NCBI RefSeq assembly: GCF_963676685.1
Contig: NC_092354.1
Location: forward strand, 74,462,001 to 74,526,000
DNA: 64,000 nucleotides
Direction: 5' to 3'
From: Mytilus edulis
Taxonomy: Eukaryota
This document shows positions 26,501 through 39,800 of the stretch, piece after piece; within the stretch, counting starts at the first letter, position 1; each line of letters opens with the position of its first letter. Under the pieces are notes generated by a model, which searched no databases, was not told the DNA's origin, and saw nothing but the letters and a program-made list of their open reading frames with translations. The translations under genes and the position numbers were made by a program.

Positions 26501-27810
26501 TATTTCAAGTAAGGAATATGAAAGTAGTAGTCCATTCGTTTGATGTGTTTGAGCTTTTGATATTGTAATTTGATTATGGGCTTTCCGTTTTGAATTTTCC
26601 TCGGAGTTCAGCATGTTTGTGATTTTTTTTTCTCACATGATTGTTATAATTGAACCATCAGAATTTAATAACATTTTTTATATTGTTCTCAATAAATCAT
26701 AAGACCGTCGTTATTATTCGAAACCATTGCATTACCTCTGCATTTGTCCAACTTTCCTCTTCTGTAGAAAACATATAACATCTATCCCGGAAATGCATCC
26801 AACCATGTCGGCATCCTTCATCCAGTAAAACTGAAGAAAAGGACATGTCTACTTAAGGATGTTCGCTGCTCAGTTTCAAAATAATTAACTTTCTATAAAA
26901 CTAGTATATATTGATAGGGGATTCATTGAGGATCCAAAAAAGCTAAAAAAAAAAAATAGGGGTCAATGTGCTTGTTTTCGAGATATAAGCCATAAAAATG
27001 TTGGCGGGAAAATGTTCTCTCTTGATTTTTCTTAGCTCTATCAATGACCAGTTAAAGTTCTCAAAAACTATTAAGAAATAAATAAAATGTTATAAAACTT
27101 AAAGAAACGGCTTATAATCATACATGTAAAAGATTTATGAAAAGAAAAATAGAGGTTCATGGGCAAAATATTTTAAGGCATTCGAATGGATAAAACCAGA
27201 GGATTTCGAAAATCTGACAAAAATTCCAAAACAAATTTTAGGTAAAATGAATCATAATAGGAGATATTAACAATATATAAGAAAAGTCAAACTGCAGAAT
27301 GTTAGTTATTTATACTTCCAATCCATAAGTCCAAAACTATTGAAAAATTGTGAGATTGAATATAAGGAGAGTATTTAAATATTTGTTTAAATAGACATCG
27401 AATAAATGTTGAATATTATCATGGCGGTTTGATTAACAATTATAGTGAATACGTTCTTCTTATAAAAAAGCTCTACACTCTAAATTTATACCGAGGAGCT
27501 AACATGCAGTCAAAGGTGACATCATAAATCTAAGATCAACATAGAATGAATCTGTGGGAGTTGTTTTGATAACTATAACGCTTATTAACCAAAACTGTCC
27601 AAAAACACTATCAAACTGAAAAAAACGAAATTCCTTAACTTACGTTCTGCAACTACTTCTTTAAAGGAATTTTTACTCTAACGAATCCAATAATACCATT
27701 ATCCACTTATAAGATTTGTGTACAACTTGATAAATTTCTGATGATTTTTACTCACGTGCAGATGAAAAGGAGAAAACACAGAGCCTTAGGAATTTAAATA
27801 ATTGAGACAT
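23578..27810 (-). CDS. Secreted C-type lectin (perlucin-like), QPD/WHD, copy 1
   Basis: Exons 27756-27810 (MSQLFKFLRLCVFSFSSA, signal), possible microexon 27644-27658, 26736-26830 (CRHGWMHFRDRCY...W..A), 24586-24682 (CRVFGGHLAEI) and 23578-23831 (FIGLTD...WEW...W...QPD...EHC...WHDVDC...FICE). GT-AG junctions with compatible phases. Confidence 0.92.
24301..24350 (+). ncRNA. Hammerhead-ribozyme-like motif (probably inactive copy)
   Basis: CTGATTA-GTTT(TGTGT)AGAC-GAAA-CGC(GCGTCTG)GCG-TA has the HHR core order, stems II and III and a GUA triplet. G8>U change in the CUGAUGA box. Stem I is not evident. Confidence 0.55.
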
Positions 27811-29311
27811 GTCCAAATGATCCAGAGATAACCGCAATAGGAATAGGTTCAATATATAGTAGTACAAACAACACAGAACTAGATCACATATACAGAAATA
27901 CCTGACATATTAGATATTTATCAAATCCTTGAGATGAAAAGTCCTTGAACTTGTGCCACTTGGTATTGTCTTCTTATAATATATAATGGCTGAAGATGAA
28001 TTGCATATCAAATTATATGGTTTCAATGTTTATAAACGCATCTAATATGTACTTTACATGGTTCACATTATTCTATTGTTTTAATCCAACTATATGCTGA
28101 CAAACAAGGATTAACGACCATGTTTACGTAAACACCGTATGTCTCTCTACAATTTACAACATGCAAATCGAATCCGTGTACGGGGTACTAGCTCAATGAA
28201 GATTAACTGGTTGACAAATAAGATGTAACTATTAATTTTATAACATATTTAGCTTCTATTTTCTAAATCGTATAACACAAAAGGTTGATTGAAATAGAAA
28301 AATATGTTTTTTCTGCATTTATCCAGGCCATCAAACTAAATGATACATATTAAACACATAGAGACAATACGCAATCTTTTGAACGCGACATATGAACAAT
28401 GTTGAATGCATAGCTATTGAAAAAGGACAGTATACATTTAGATAGAACAAAAAATGAAATGTACAAAGAAAAAAAAAATCATATTTACGCCAGCAATGCA
28501 CTGGAGTCACTTTATTTTGAAATGTAACGGATATTGCTACGGGCAAAGCCTACACCCCTCCCCTAATATAAATAACAAACAAACAAAAAACGGCCACCAT
28601 GTATGCATAATTGGAGTTAAAATCGAGCATGTTTTCAACTGTCTTGGTTTTAATTGATTTAGCATTTAAACAAAATTTCATCCTCACGTACATTCTTTAT
28701 GAATTTACAATGATATAAATTTTTCTGCATCGTGTGTGGTACAATATTTCTTTTTCTTTCGGGACAGTTGAATTTGGGAATATGAAACGGTAGGCTTGTC
28801 TAGCACTTAAAATATTCAAACTGACATATCGTGATATACGTGGAATTCTATATAATGTTGGAATTGGTTTTCTAACGGTAAATAAGTGATATCCATCCGA
28901 ACAATGTATATTTCCTTTTCACTTATCTGTAGCATTGCTAAACGGTGTCATCAGTTTTTAATAGCTCAAATAAGGAAAAAAACAAGAACACTATGATAAT
29001 AAAATTAAGAAAGGAAATAGGGAATGTGTCAAAGCAAAAACAATCTGACCATAGAGCAGACAACAGCCGAAGGCCACCAATGGGTCTGCAATGTAGCGAG
29101 AAACTCCCGCACCCGTAAGCGTCCTTCAGCTGGCACCTTAAAAATATGCATACTAGTACAGTGATAAGAATTGAATGACATTTTAAAACACATTCCACGT
29201 AATACAGTACTTTTTTATTCAAGCATATCAACCATTTAATAATGTAAACAACATCTGTTTGACTACATTGCTAAAAACACAATCCATACTTATATCAAAT
29301 CATATTTATTA

Positions 29312-32300
29312 TCAACCAATGATACTTCCGCCTGAGTTCACTTCTTCCTCCTCACAGATAAAATAATTATGGTCGTCACAATCGGCGTCATGCCATCGAT
29401 AATGATCACGTGCATAAAATAAAACGCAGTGTTCATCGTTTCCATTGTGATCTGGCTGGTGATTACCCCAATCTGTAAAGTTCGGTTTGGTAGCACTTTC
29501 AACCCATTCCCACTCGTCCAATAAAGCTTCGTCAGTCAAACCAATGAAGTAATGGTGTCTTTGATCTGAAAATAAATATGATCGAAAATACGTCAGCATT
29601 TACAAATATAAAACGAGACATTAACACGTCTGTATTATATATGAAAATCACGAAAGCAGTCAAAAATATAGAACTCTAGTTTTCTATGGTGTGTATATAA
29701 TTCTATTATTTTCCTGTTTGTCTATTTATTTTTAGCCATTGATTTATGAGTTTGACTGTCCCCTCTGGTATCTTTTGCCCCTCTTTTACACAAGGTGCAA
29801 ATCTATTTAAAGTTAGGGAACAAGTAACACACTGAACATTTACACTTTTTTATTCTTATTTTTATTCTGCGAAAACAAGTATATATTTTACTTTTTGTCT
29901 ACTCATTTAGTTTTTTTACTATTGATTTTGTTGATTATGTTAAAGTCTTGTTGAATCTGTTTTAAAACATTTTGATATTGAAACATCACTAGATTGGACG
30001 TTCTGAATGGTCCTATATCATATATTAAGACGTTGAAAACATGAAGTGTAATTATGGAAGATAACTTGTGTCTATACATTTTAAACCAGACTTTTAATGG
30101 GCCTGACATTTACACTCGATCTATACCTCTGCTGGTGGACTATCAGTCCCCGAGGGTTTCACCAGCTCTGTAGTCAGTGCTGTGGCATTGCCATGATTTA
30201 ACAAACTTTACTAAATTTGTCCGTTAATTAATTTTGAAATTATCATGAAACTAAGGTTCCAACTCCCTCAGGCAAAGTTGGCTTTTGATGAATTTGGCTA
30301 TTTATACCTATCTATCTTCGGATTTCAAATCTTTGGCTTTGAGCGTTCCTGATAAAGGTAAATCCAGAAAAGCGCTTCGGCGGAAAGAAATTAATAAACG
30401 TGTTGTTTTCAATTTTACACTTTATATTTGATAGCCTAAGGCTGATTTATTGATTGGTTAAGTTTTTAAATTCTAACGTTAAATATTTGATGTGTAATCA
30501 AGAACTCACACATTAGGATCTGCAGAATATGCCGACCAGGTGGAGGTCTCGATTATTAACTTTCACATGACAATTTCAAAACATGTTTTATGAGACAAAC
30601 TTTTAGCGTTAAATCAGGATAATCTACAGGGACACCTTAAATTCTGCCAAGTTTTTTTCTGATAAGAGCACATTTTACATGCTCTATCATATATAAGAAC
30701 GCACATACAATGTAAGAGCCTTTTGAAGGTAAAACCCAATTCTTTCATAGTGGATTGGGAAACAAGTGTTGCAATTTATATCAATCGCTTTCCACTTTGT
30801 TGGTGCCTGTTGAATAACACTCTTTCCAAATGTGTATTAAAATAAAAACCAGTATTTTTATGATGTTGTTCTTGTACAAAAGGTTAATACTTTTAAAGTA
30901 ATACATCTCCGGGGAAAAAAACTAGTATCGCTTGAATCACATTGACGAATAAATTTGTGTGACCAAATTTAATCTAAATATTACTTCCACAAAGACGATT
31001 ATGTCAAGTCGTTGAGTACAGATATAACTTAATATACCATTTCCATTCCTCATTTGTGCTGTATCTTTCAGGAACTTGTTTGTCTCAGCATCCTCAATTT
31101 CCGCTAGATGTCCTCCAAAAACACGGCATCGAAACTGAAAAAGACAGCGATGAATTACAAGGTTCCTGTTATAACAACACAAACAACAACGATCTTTAAA
31201 CAATGCAATTATATTTGTACTAAGTTAAAAAAAGTCAAGGGTAAAATTACAACAACTTTATATACTAGTATACATTGTACACACAGAAGTTAACCATACA
31301 ATATTATTGGATATAAAGTGTATTATTGGACAATAAAGATATCGTGTAGTCTGAGTGCTGATTAGTATTTACTTATCTAAAATGTTGGGTTTTGTTTGTT
31401 TTCTTTTGTTGCTCACCTCAGCATTTGTCCAAGTTTCTTTCTCTGTAGCAAACATGTAACATCTATCCCGAAAGTGCACCCACCCATGTCTGCATACATC
31501 GTCTAATAAAACTAGATAAGACAGAATGTACATTTTCAAATTTCAATTTTAAAGGGAATGTGATTACAGAATTAGTTGTTATTTTTTTAACGTATAGTGG
31601 TATATATTCCAATAACTCATTTCATTGCAAACAGGAGTTTCAAATACACCAGATATATAAATTCAAACGGGTATCGACGGAGTGAATAGTGGTCATCTTG
31701 GAATCCTAAAGCACAAAAAAAGGTAACATGTAAAAGGAGAGGGCTCATAATCAGAGAGGACATCAGATTTCCTCTGGGTTTTTTTAAAAGGGGATCTCAA
31801 TGTTAAGTAAACAAGTTGAAGTGAAATAGTTTGCAGAGTGGTGTTGCTCTTTTTGACGTTTTTCTTGTTTGGTCATGTGAAATATCTGTATAGATCATAA
31901 AGATTATTGGTCATATTTTTGTTATATTATAATATGTCTGCCCATATTGATAAACCTCATAGCAGGGTAGCTACGGTTCCCTCAGTTGTTACAACACATC
32001 TTATGCACTTAATGTGTATCTACAGGCGGACGTGGATGTGTACTTATGTTCACGGGGAATGTTAATTTTCTGGTAGTAAGACCGGTCACGGCCAGGCAAG
32101 ACAACAGGGTAGGCAAATTCGCCATATTAAATCCGTACCGATACAGTGTGTTAAATGTCTAACTTTACACCATAACCCATGTTGGTGCTCCTACAAAAGG
32201 AGGAAGATACAGGACATACATACATCCCACCCTGAATGATGGGTGTTTCCGCTGTGTCGGGCCTTACAACAAAATGAACAACACTGTTTAAGTTAAAAAA

Positions 32301-32653
32301 AAAAGTGTTATCCATCTGTACAGTACACACAAAACAAAACAATTTACATTACATATTAGGTATGTAATACGAATTACCAACTTCTGAGGTAAAATAATTA
32401 TTCTTGAGATATCCTTGATCTCAATTTGTTTGTCGTATTCTCTTTAAACCCTCAGGCTGCTATCTGAGTTGAATAAAAGTAATTTAAATCGAATTCGCCT
32501 GAAAGACATTTTTATTTTTTTTTATATTTTTCTCTGCATAAAAAATCAAAATGTATTTATTAAACTACTTAATGTTTTTCTCAAAATTTACTTACGTGCA
32601 GACGTAAATGAGAAACCACACAAAAATATTCCGATCTTGACTAATTGTAACAT
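29312..32653 (-). CDS. Secreted C-type lectin (perlucin-like), QPD/WHD, copy 2
   Basis: Exons 32596-32653 (MLQLVKIGIFLCGFSFTSA), 31417-31511, 31038-31134 and 29312-29565. The 95, 97 and 254-nt exon sizes match copy 1. CTL cysteines, FIGL and QPD are conserved. Confidence 0.92.
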
Positions 32654-32749
32654 TTTCAAATGTTGTGAAGATAAAATAAATACGGACAAGTTTAATATAT
32701 AGAATAGGTAATGATAAGACCATACATAATTAAATATAACCTAATGAAT

Positions 32750-33200
32750 AATACCTGACCTATTAAGAAGTTATGTAGTAAAATATCCAACAGCATGAAA
32801 GTTACTTGTACTATACTTAGGTAAATACCTCCTGACCTAATGAGAAGTTATGAAGGTATAATGTCTATAAACATGAGAGGTACCTGTTCTACTTTGTGAT
32901 GTATTATACCTGACTTAATGAGAAGTTATGAAGGTATAGTACATATGAACATGAAAGGTACTTGTACTATACATGGGTGAAGATGCCAGACCTAATGAGA
33001 AGTTATGACAGTATCGTATCTATGAACATGAGATGTACTTGTACTGCACTGTTGTGCATTAAATCTGACCAAATGAGAAGTTATGAAGGTATAGTACATA
33101 TGAACATGAAAGGTACTTGTACTATACATGGGTAAAGATGCCAGACCTAATGAGAAGTTATGACAGTATCGTATCTATCAACATGAAAGGTACTTGTACT
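32750..33200. repeat. ~77/78-bp tandem repeat x6 with dimeric higher-order structure, upstream of lectin 2
   Basis: GAAGTTATG recurs at ~32767, 32844, 32922, 32999, 33077 and 33154. Units 3/5 and units 4/6 are each near-identical pairs. Confidence 0.9.
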
Positions 33201-36200
33201 ACACCACGTTAATGAATGATTTATTAATGTTCGTAATAATCTGAAAGACTATTGTAGTTTTCTGTAATACATTAAAATCGAGTTGATCAAATAGCGCTAT
33301 AATAAAATTGAGATAACTCATATCCAAGTCATATGTTTTCATATGTTGCTCGTTGTTGCTGTCTGTGCGTTTGTTGTTGGTCTTTGTCAATCGATTGCGA
33401 CATTTTTGATATCGCCTAAATCCTGATTGTCTTTGATTTCACTTAAAAAAAAACTGGCCGTGACAACCACGTGTATAAACCTACTGAATTGTAATCCTGG
33501 TGAATTGGCATGTGTTGCAAACATTATTATGATGTGCTCATTGAACTATATTTTCTAATGTATGGTTAGTTATTATCATAATGTCAAATTTATCATTGTA
33601 AAACGATGACGAATTGTTTAACAAAGACATAATGTTTTTCCTCAACTTCAACTGGACTTCAGAAAACATTAACCTCAGGTTAATCGACAGCGGATCATCT
33701 CATGAAAGACAGTCATATTGATAAACAGTTATGTGGACAGCCATCTGCGTGACTTCCTTTACTGATATTTTTCATTCTTCTTTTTATTTGGCGGGGCTCT
33801 CATTTTCAGATTGTTGAAATGTTCTTCAGTTTAAATCTACAAATCTTAAGTGTACTTTGGGAGATGCAACAGTATTCGTATAATAACAAATTCATTTCAA
33901 CTGTAAAAGATTGACACAAACGCATTTTCAAATACATGTACATGTATGAACTATAGAACTCAAACTTAGAACTTCGAACTTAGTTCTTAGAAGTATCCGC
34001 GTCTGTTTAATTTCACACGTCAATGTTTCCGATCTTTTAAAAAGAGAAGAGAAGGAAACGGTTCATACTCATGAGCTAGCAATGATATTTCTCTAAATGA
34101 AAGGATAAATCATAATCAAACTCGTGACAATATTACAATACAAGTACAAGTAGTGAAAAACATCACGAAGTCACAATTGTTCTTCACTATTTACACTTTT
34201 GGTATTTAGATGTATTTTGCCTCCGAATGACCTTATATCACCTCCAAATAACCCATTGACGTCAAGCAACAATCACTTTTTAGTTATGACGTCAAATGTT
34301 TTGAATTATGATGTCAAAGTTCACGGGAATCTGTGTGATTATATGTAATAGCGAAAAAATTTGCATACAAGTGTAAATACGTCTATATTACAGAGAGTTG
34401 ACCATTTGTGGATTCTTATAAATTCTATATAACTTTTTAAAATTAATTCTGACATACTTTTGATTTTTAACCCTGTATGCTAACATTGCCCATGTGAAAT
34501 TTTAAAATTGTTGGTATAAACATTGAATGACAAAAATGTGTGACGTATAAATATTCTGACGTCAGTCACACGAAGCAATGAGTGTGTTTTTAATTTGATA
34601 GATGCTTTTGTGTTCTGTTAAATTGTTTCTTTTAAAATTGTAACACGATAATGACTGCTGTACCCATATTTTACTTTTTTTATCATGTCTGTTTAGTTCA
34701 CGCATCATTGTAAATATCACAGAATTTGACGAGACTGTTGTACATTTGAAAATGCCTGTACCAAGTCCGGAATATGACAGTTCTTGTCCATTCGTTTTTG
34801 ATGTGTGTTGTCGTTTGAGTTTGCCATGTGATTAGGGACTTTTCGATTCGATTTTCCTCTGAGTTCAGTGTTTTTGTGATTTTACTTTTTACAGGGAATT
34901 AACTACCAATCAAGGTCTGAACATAGCGAATCAGAAACAAATTGACATGAAGTTTCAAAACCAGAGTAACCTGAATAGAAACACCAAACACTGTGACCGT
35001 AGCAGTGATCGATAATTCAACACATATTTTCTCATTTAAATGCATATTTCTTTGCGAACCAATTCTGTGTTGACGTGATTTCACGTGCAATGGAACATTT
35101 GGAAGCGGGATAAACTTTGAAATCATGCATTTTATAACACAGTTATTTCTGTATTCCATTATTAAGCTTTGTACGAGAATTCCCAAAATCATATGATAGG
35201 TTTGGTAATAAAATCCTATTCGACAAATCTCACATCCTAGGGTGAAATCCCATACGATTTCCATACCACAACAATATGTTGGAGATTGTGACAGAAATTT
35301 AACAACAATAAAACGTCTATCTTTTTGACACATTCCACATTTCCATGATTCTTAATTCTATCAGGCTATTTTAAAAATTATGAAATCAATGCTCGTATGA
35401 ATTTCTTTATTCGTCTCTATGACAACTTCCATCAAAAATGCTAGTTCACTAAATAAATACTGAACAATGGTGTTGTGTTTGCAAGTATTGCATAGAAATA
35501 AAGCTAACATAGGGTCTAGCATATTTCAAATTGACAGCATATTTTTTTTCCAAATAGCAAGTACTGTTTTTGTATTTTTCATGTTTTTATCAGAATACAT
35601 TTGACAACTCTGGTACCTGTCCAAATAAAACTGAATAATAAAACTGTTATACGGACTTTGTTTCATTAGGCCTAATTCATAGCTTGATTTGCTATTTGAT
35701 ATAACAAGATTGAAAAGAGAAAATCATTTATTCAAAATCATAAAATGCAAAAATACATTTTGCGAAACATTTGACATAGAATTTCATCATCAATATTACA
35801 TTATTAATGTAATGTATGCAAAATGAAATCAACTAAAATCATATCAATTGAATAAATAACAACACTTCAAATATGAGAATAAAAGTCTGACCCACTAAAA
35901 AAAATACACAAATCTGCTTTAAAAAAAAATGAAATTAAGGGAGGCATGCGATTGTTTTTTTTAAGTTTACCACGCATTTAATTAACATTTTAATTCAATG
36001 AAGCACACATATGGAACACACATGTGAACAAGTCCCTCCAAGACCATAGAGCTATCATAAATTTACTATGTAATTAACTGTTTTAATAGGTCCCTGTTCA
36101 GTTCAGTCTAAGTAATAAATACTACAGAATAATTCTTCCCTGTTGTATCACATTATTGTATTCATTTATTATATAAACAATTAAAACTGAATATGTGTTA

Positions 36201-36565
36201 GTCTTATCTAATTGATGAATTTGAATAAAACATCGATATGAACTCGTATGTTTTCTCAATAAACGTATATTTTTACATCTAATTGGACATTCAACTTTAA
36301 TTGTATCTAAATCTGCATCATTAAAAAGAAAGTTATCAATATCCCTTGCAAACCAAGTAGTTGTGTTGAACTTCATTTTAACAAATATGATTGTTGCAGT
36401 GAAAATAGGACTGCCTATATCTTAACACAATAATTATCAGGATACACATATTGATATTATAAAATCCACATGATATAATTTGACATCATAATCTATTTAC
36501 AAATATATACATATACTCATATGTATTTTATTTCTTTCAAGAAATTGTCATAGAATCTAGAAATC

Positions 36566-36885
36566 TCAATCAATAGGAATTAATTTGGGAAAGCTTTCAC
36601 AATTTTCTAAAATTTCTGTAATCAAATGTGGATTTCTACCAGATCTTTCCAAAGCATGGAGTAGCTCTCTGATTGTTGAGTTATCTTCTCTGTTTCTCCA
36701 GCAATATAACATTTGTCTACTGACTTCCCGGAGTACTTTCGGATTGTCGTATTCTATTTGTTCCAGGCGTTCGATTTCAATACCGAGTTCTAAGCCAAGA
36801 ACCATCCACTCCTTACCAATTCGAAGACACAATTTGTCAAGCATCTCATCACTTGGCGACAGATTCAAAATCTTATCAGGCAAAT
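36566..36885 (-). CDS. Terminal death-domain exon of the intact ROCO gene
   Basis: PSDEMLDKLCLRIGKEWMVLGLELGIEIERLEQIEYDNP...QMLYCWR...TIRELLHALERSGR. Confidence 0.9.
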
Positions 36886-39800
36886 CTAAAACAAATATTT
36901 GTAGACTATTAAATAGTATAAGCTAGTAGGGGCAAATCTTATAAAACTATGTAAAGAAATGCTCTGTTATAATATGTTTCTTGTGTTTGAGCTGTTGATA
37001 TTTCGATTTGATTCGGGACTTTCGTTTAGAATTATTCTCGGAATTAAGTATTTGTGTTATTATATTTTTCTGGTTTGTTAATATTTTAATTAGGACACTA
37101 CAATATTTTCTTTCCGGAAACATGTTTTCTAGTGTATTACTCTTAGGTGGATAGATTTCACACTTAGACTGAACAGTGTCTTGATATAAAAGTTGTATGA
37201 TATCATTATGAACAGATATATCATGTTAGGGAGGGGTATTTGTGAAAAATACCAGTCGAGAGAATGTTAAATTTCACGAGCCGTAAGGCGAGGGAAATTC
37301 ATTCTCAAGACTGGTATTTTTCGCAAATACCCCTCAATAACATGATATATCTGTTTAATTACACCGAATGTTAATGTACTAAAACGCATTGATGATCGTG
37401 ACGTTACAAGCGTCCAGTCGGATAGAGTATTTTTTGGCAAATACCACGGCAGAGAGGGTAAAAAAGGCATATCCTTTTAGCAAATACCCCGGCGGCGTTA
37501 AAAATGAACGATATTCATTTGATAATAATAAATTGGTGAAAAATACACTGGCTATTAACCAATCAAAACCCCGGATTCTTACATAAGGTGTAATTATAAT
37601 TAAAATAATTGGTTCTTTGGGTCGGTTAAAAAATGATATATCAGCTTACTAGTTTTGATAACGTAGGAAAATATCACTGTAACAAACATGACAAAAGAAA
37701 AACAAAAACAAAAACAAAGAAAAGAAAAATGGGTTCTATAAATCATATGTGAGAAACTTTAAACACATGGTTGTTTCAGTATCTCAGGGAAAGTTTAAAA
37801 TATCACTTAATGGAGAGAGCAATATTTTTCTATACTGAATATGATTTAAAATATATCATACCGGTCTCCACTTCTTCCTGTCTCAGAATCTACAATAAAT
37901 ACGCAGATTTGAGTCGTCTTCACAAATGGATTTGTAATAAATGAGGTAAAAAAAATTGATATCAGTTTCTAATCGGTTCGTAAGTTTGTCCATAAAAGTA
38001 TTTGTTATTGCTGTTTTTCTTTTCGTTATTTTCTTTTTTTTGCTATTTTTTACTTAAAATTGTATCTTGTAACTACTTTTTTCCGCTCACGTTATATTAA
38101 AAAATTAAATTATATATATATAAAGATATAAAACACAAGCTGTCCATGAAAATGCATACACACACTGTTTTAATGTGTTGTTTTATACAGTCAACGTCAA
38201 TATATCATAACACGATTTTTTTGTTGCTTGATCATGTTGATATGGGCCATGTTATCCATTTAATAAATTAACAACTCGTTTAAGGAAAGTTAAACAAAGT
38301 TGGATTTAAAAGGGTCTCATTTGGTAATAAAGCATCCCACTTGGTTCAGTACTTTTTGCATTCTTGGTTTTTACATAATTTCGTGATGAAGATTAACCAA
38401 GAAAACTATTTCTCCCACATACGAATATATAATTGTTACTTTATGTTTTAGATAGTAAGTGATAGTATAGTTGTTGGAGAATAACGATTTTTTTTGGCAT
38501 ATAACCAATCACACTTATTGTCGATTTTATTGATAAAACATCCGTTATTGTGAAACCTGGAACAACTCAAGTTTCACCGATAAATCCAAATACGTACCTG
38601 ACACATGGCATGTCTGTTGATTTCAGCAGCTTCCATGGCCTTGACGAAATCTTTACATGATTTGTTCTGCTCTCTGCAGATACGAAGGCTATAAAATTTG
38701 TGCATAGGAATCGAATCAACATCAATGGCATCAAGTTTAGTAATCGAGACCCCAAGGTTGAATGCCAAGCTGCGTACTTCTTCTTTTGTTAAGCTATTAC
38801 AAATGCGAAGAAGCTGCGAGTCGTTGAGTAACATCGACAGAACGGCATATAGTATACCTAAATGAACATTAGAAATACAAAATATGATTTGTTTATTGAA
38901 TGTCTAAATTTTAAGAGAATACCATATGGCTTTTTCGATATCCCATCAGCATTAACCCGATACACCAAGAATCCCAAGATGTCTGCTTAAGGAATCATAT
39001 TGACTGAGTTTTGAAACAGAATGTAATATTGAAACAACCATATCATATATACCTTATCATTTACTTCACTAAGTAGATGTGTCTTTTTTTGTTGTGGCAT
39101 ACATATTAAATGCTTGAGTTTGCAATTGCAATTAGTCACTGATATCGATATCATCACGGATAGCTGATACAGTACTACTGCCGGTGATTCTTTCGAACAT
39201 ACAATTTATCTGTATTTACTACTTTCTTTATTCTAAAAAGTATTGTACTACAATAGTTTTTGAAATATTTTCCTCAATTAAAACCAGGTACTATCTGATT
39301 TTGTATACGAGTGTCGTCCTAACAAGACTCGTTAGTGTCGTTAAAATACACAAAATTGAAAGTTAAAATCACATATGAAATTGTATAGCATTAAATGAAA
39401 AACGTTTCAAACCGTTGTTTTCAAAACAAATGATGACCACAGGACTTTAATTATATGTTCATACGCGACTTGGTTCAGGTTGCACACCAATAAATTCCTT
39501 TAAAATTGTGTTTAATTCGTTGACATATAATGATTCTTTGAAATAACTCACTCGTTACCTCTATCACACAAAAATTGTATATTTTTGTCATTTTTAAATT
39601 TGCTGTCATATCACAAATAAACAACTAAAATATCCTTGTATCATTTAAATGAACTTTTCGATGGGTTGATATTTTCTACGTTTGTATGACTAACACCTTT
39701 ACGAATTTACCTCGGAGTCATGTTTTTATATTGGACATTTTTGCATATATATCCCTATGCAAACTAAATTATGGCCCAATGCCTTCCTTATAATGCGTAC

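Noticed and set aside
32750-33200. CRISPR-like array (also 2739-2990, 20078-20238 and 62026-62170)
   Set aside because: These are head-to-tail tandem units without unique spacers, in a eukaryotic context with no cas genes.
36122-36376. 84-aa ORF downstream of the ROCO stop
   Set aside because: No recognisable motif and no counterpart after the paralog's stop.
37267-37586. Duplicated ORFs MPFLPSLPW... and MMIVTLQ... (also 40852-41276)
   Set aside because: They lie within the fold-back element and are repeated only because of the tandem duplication.
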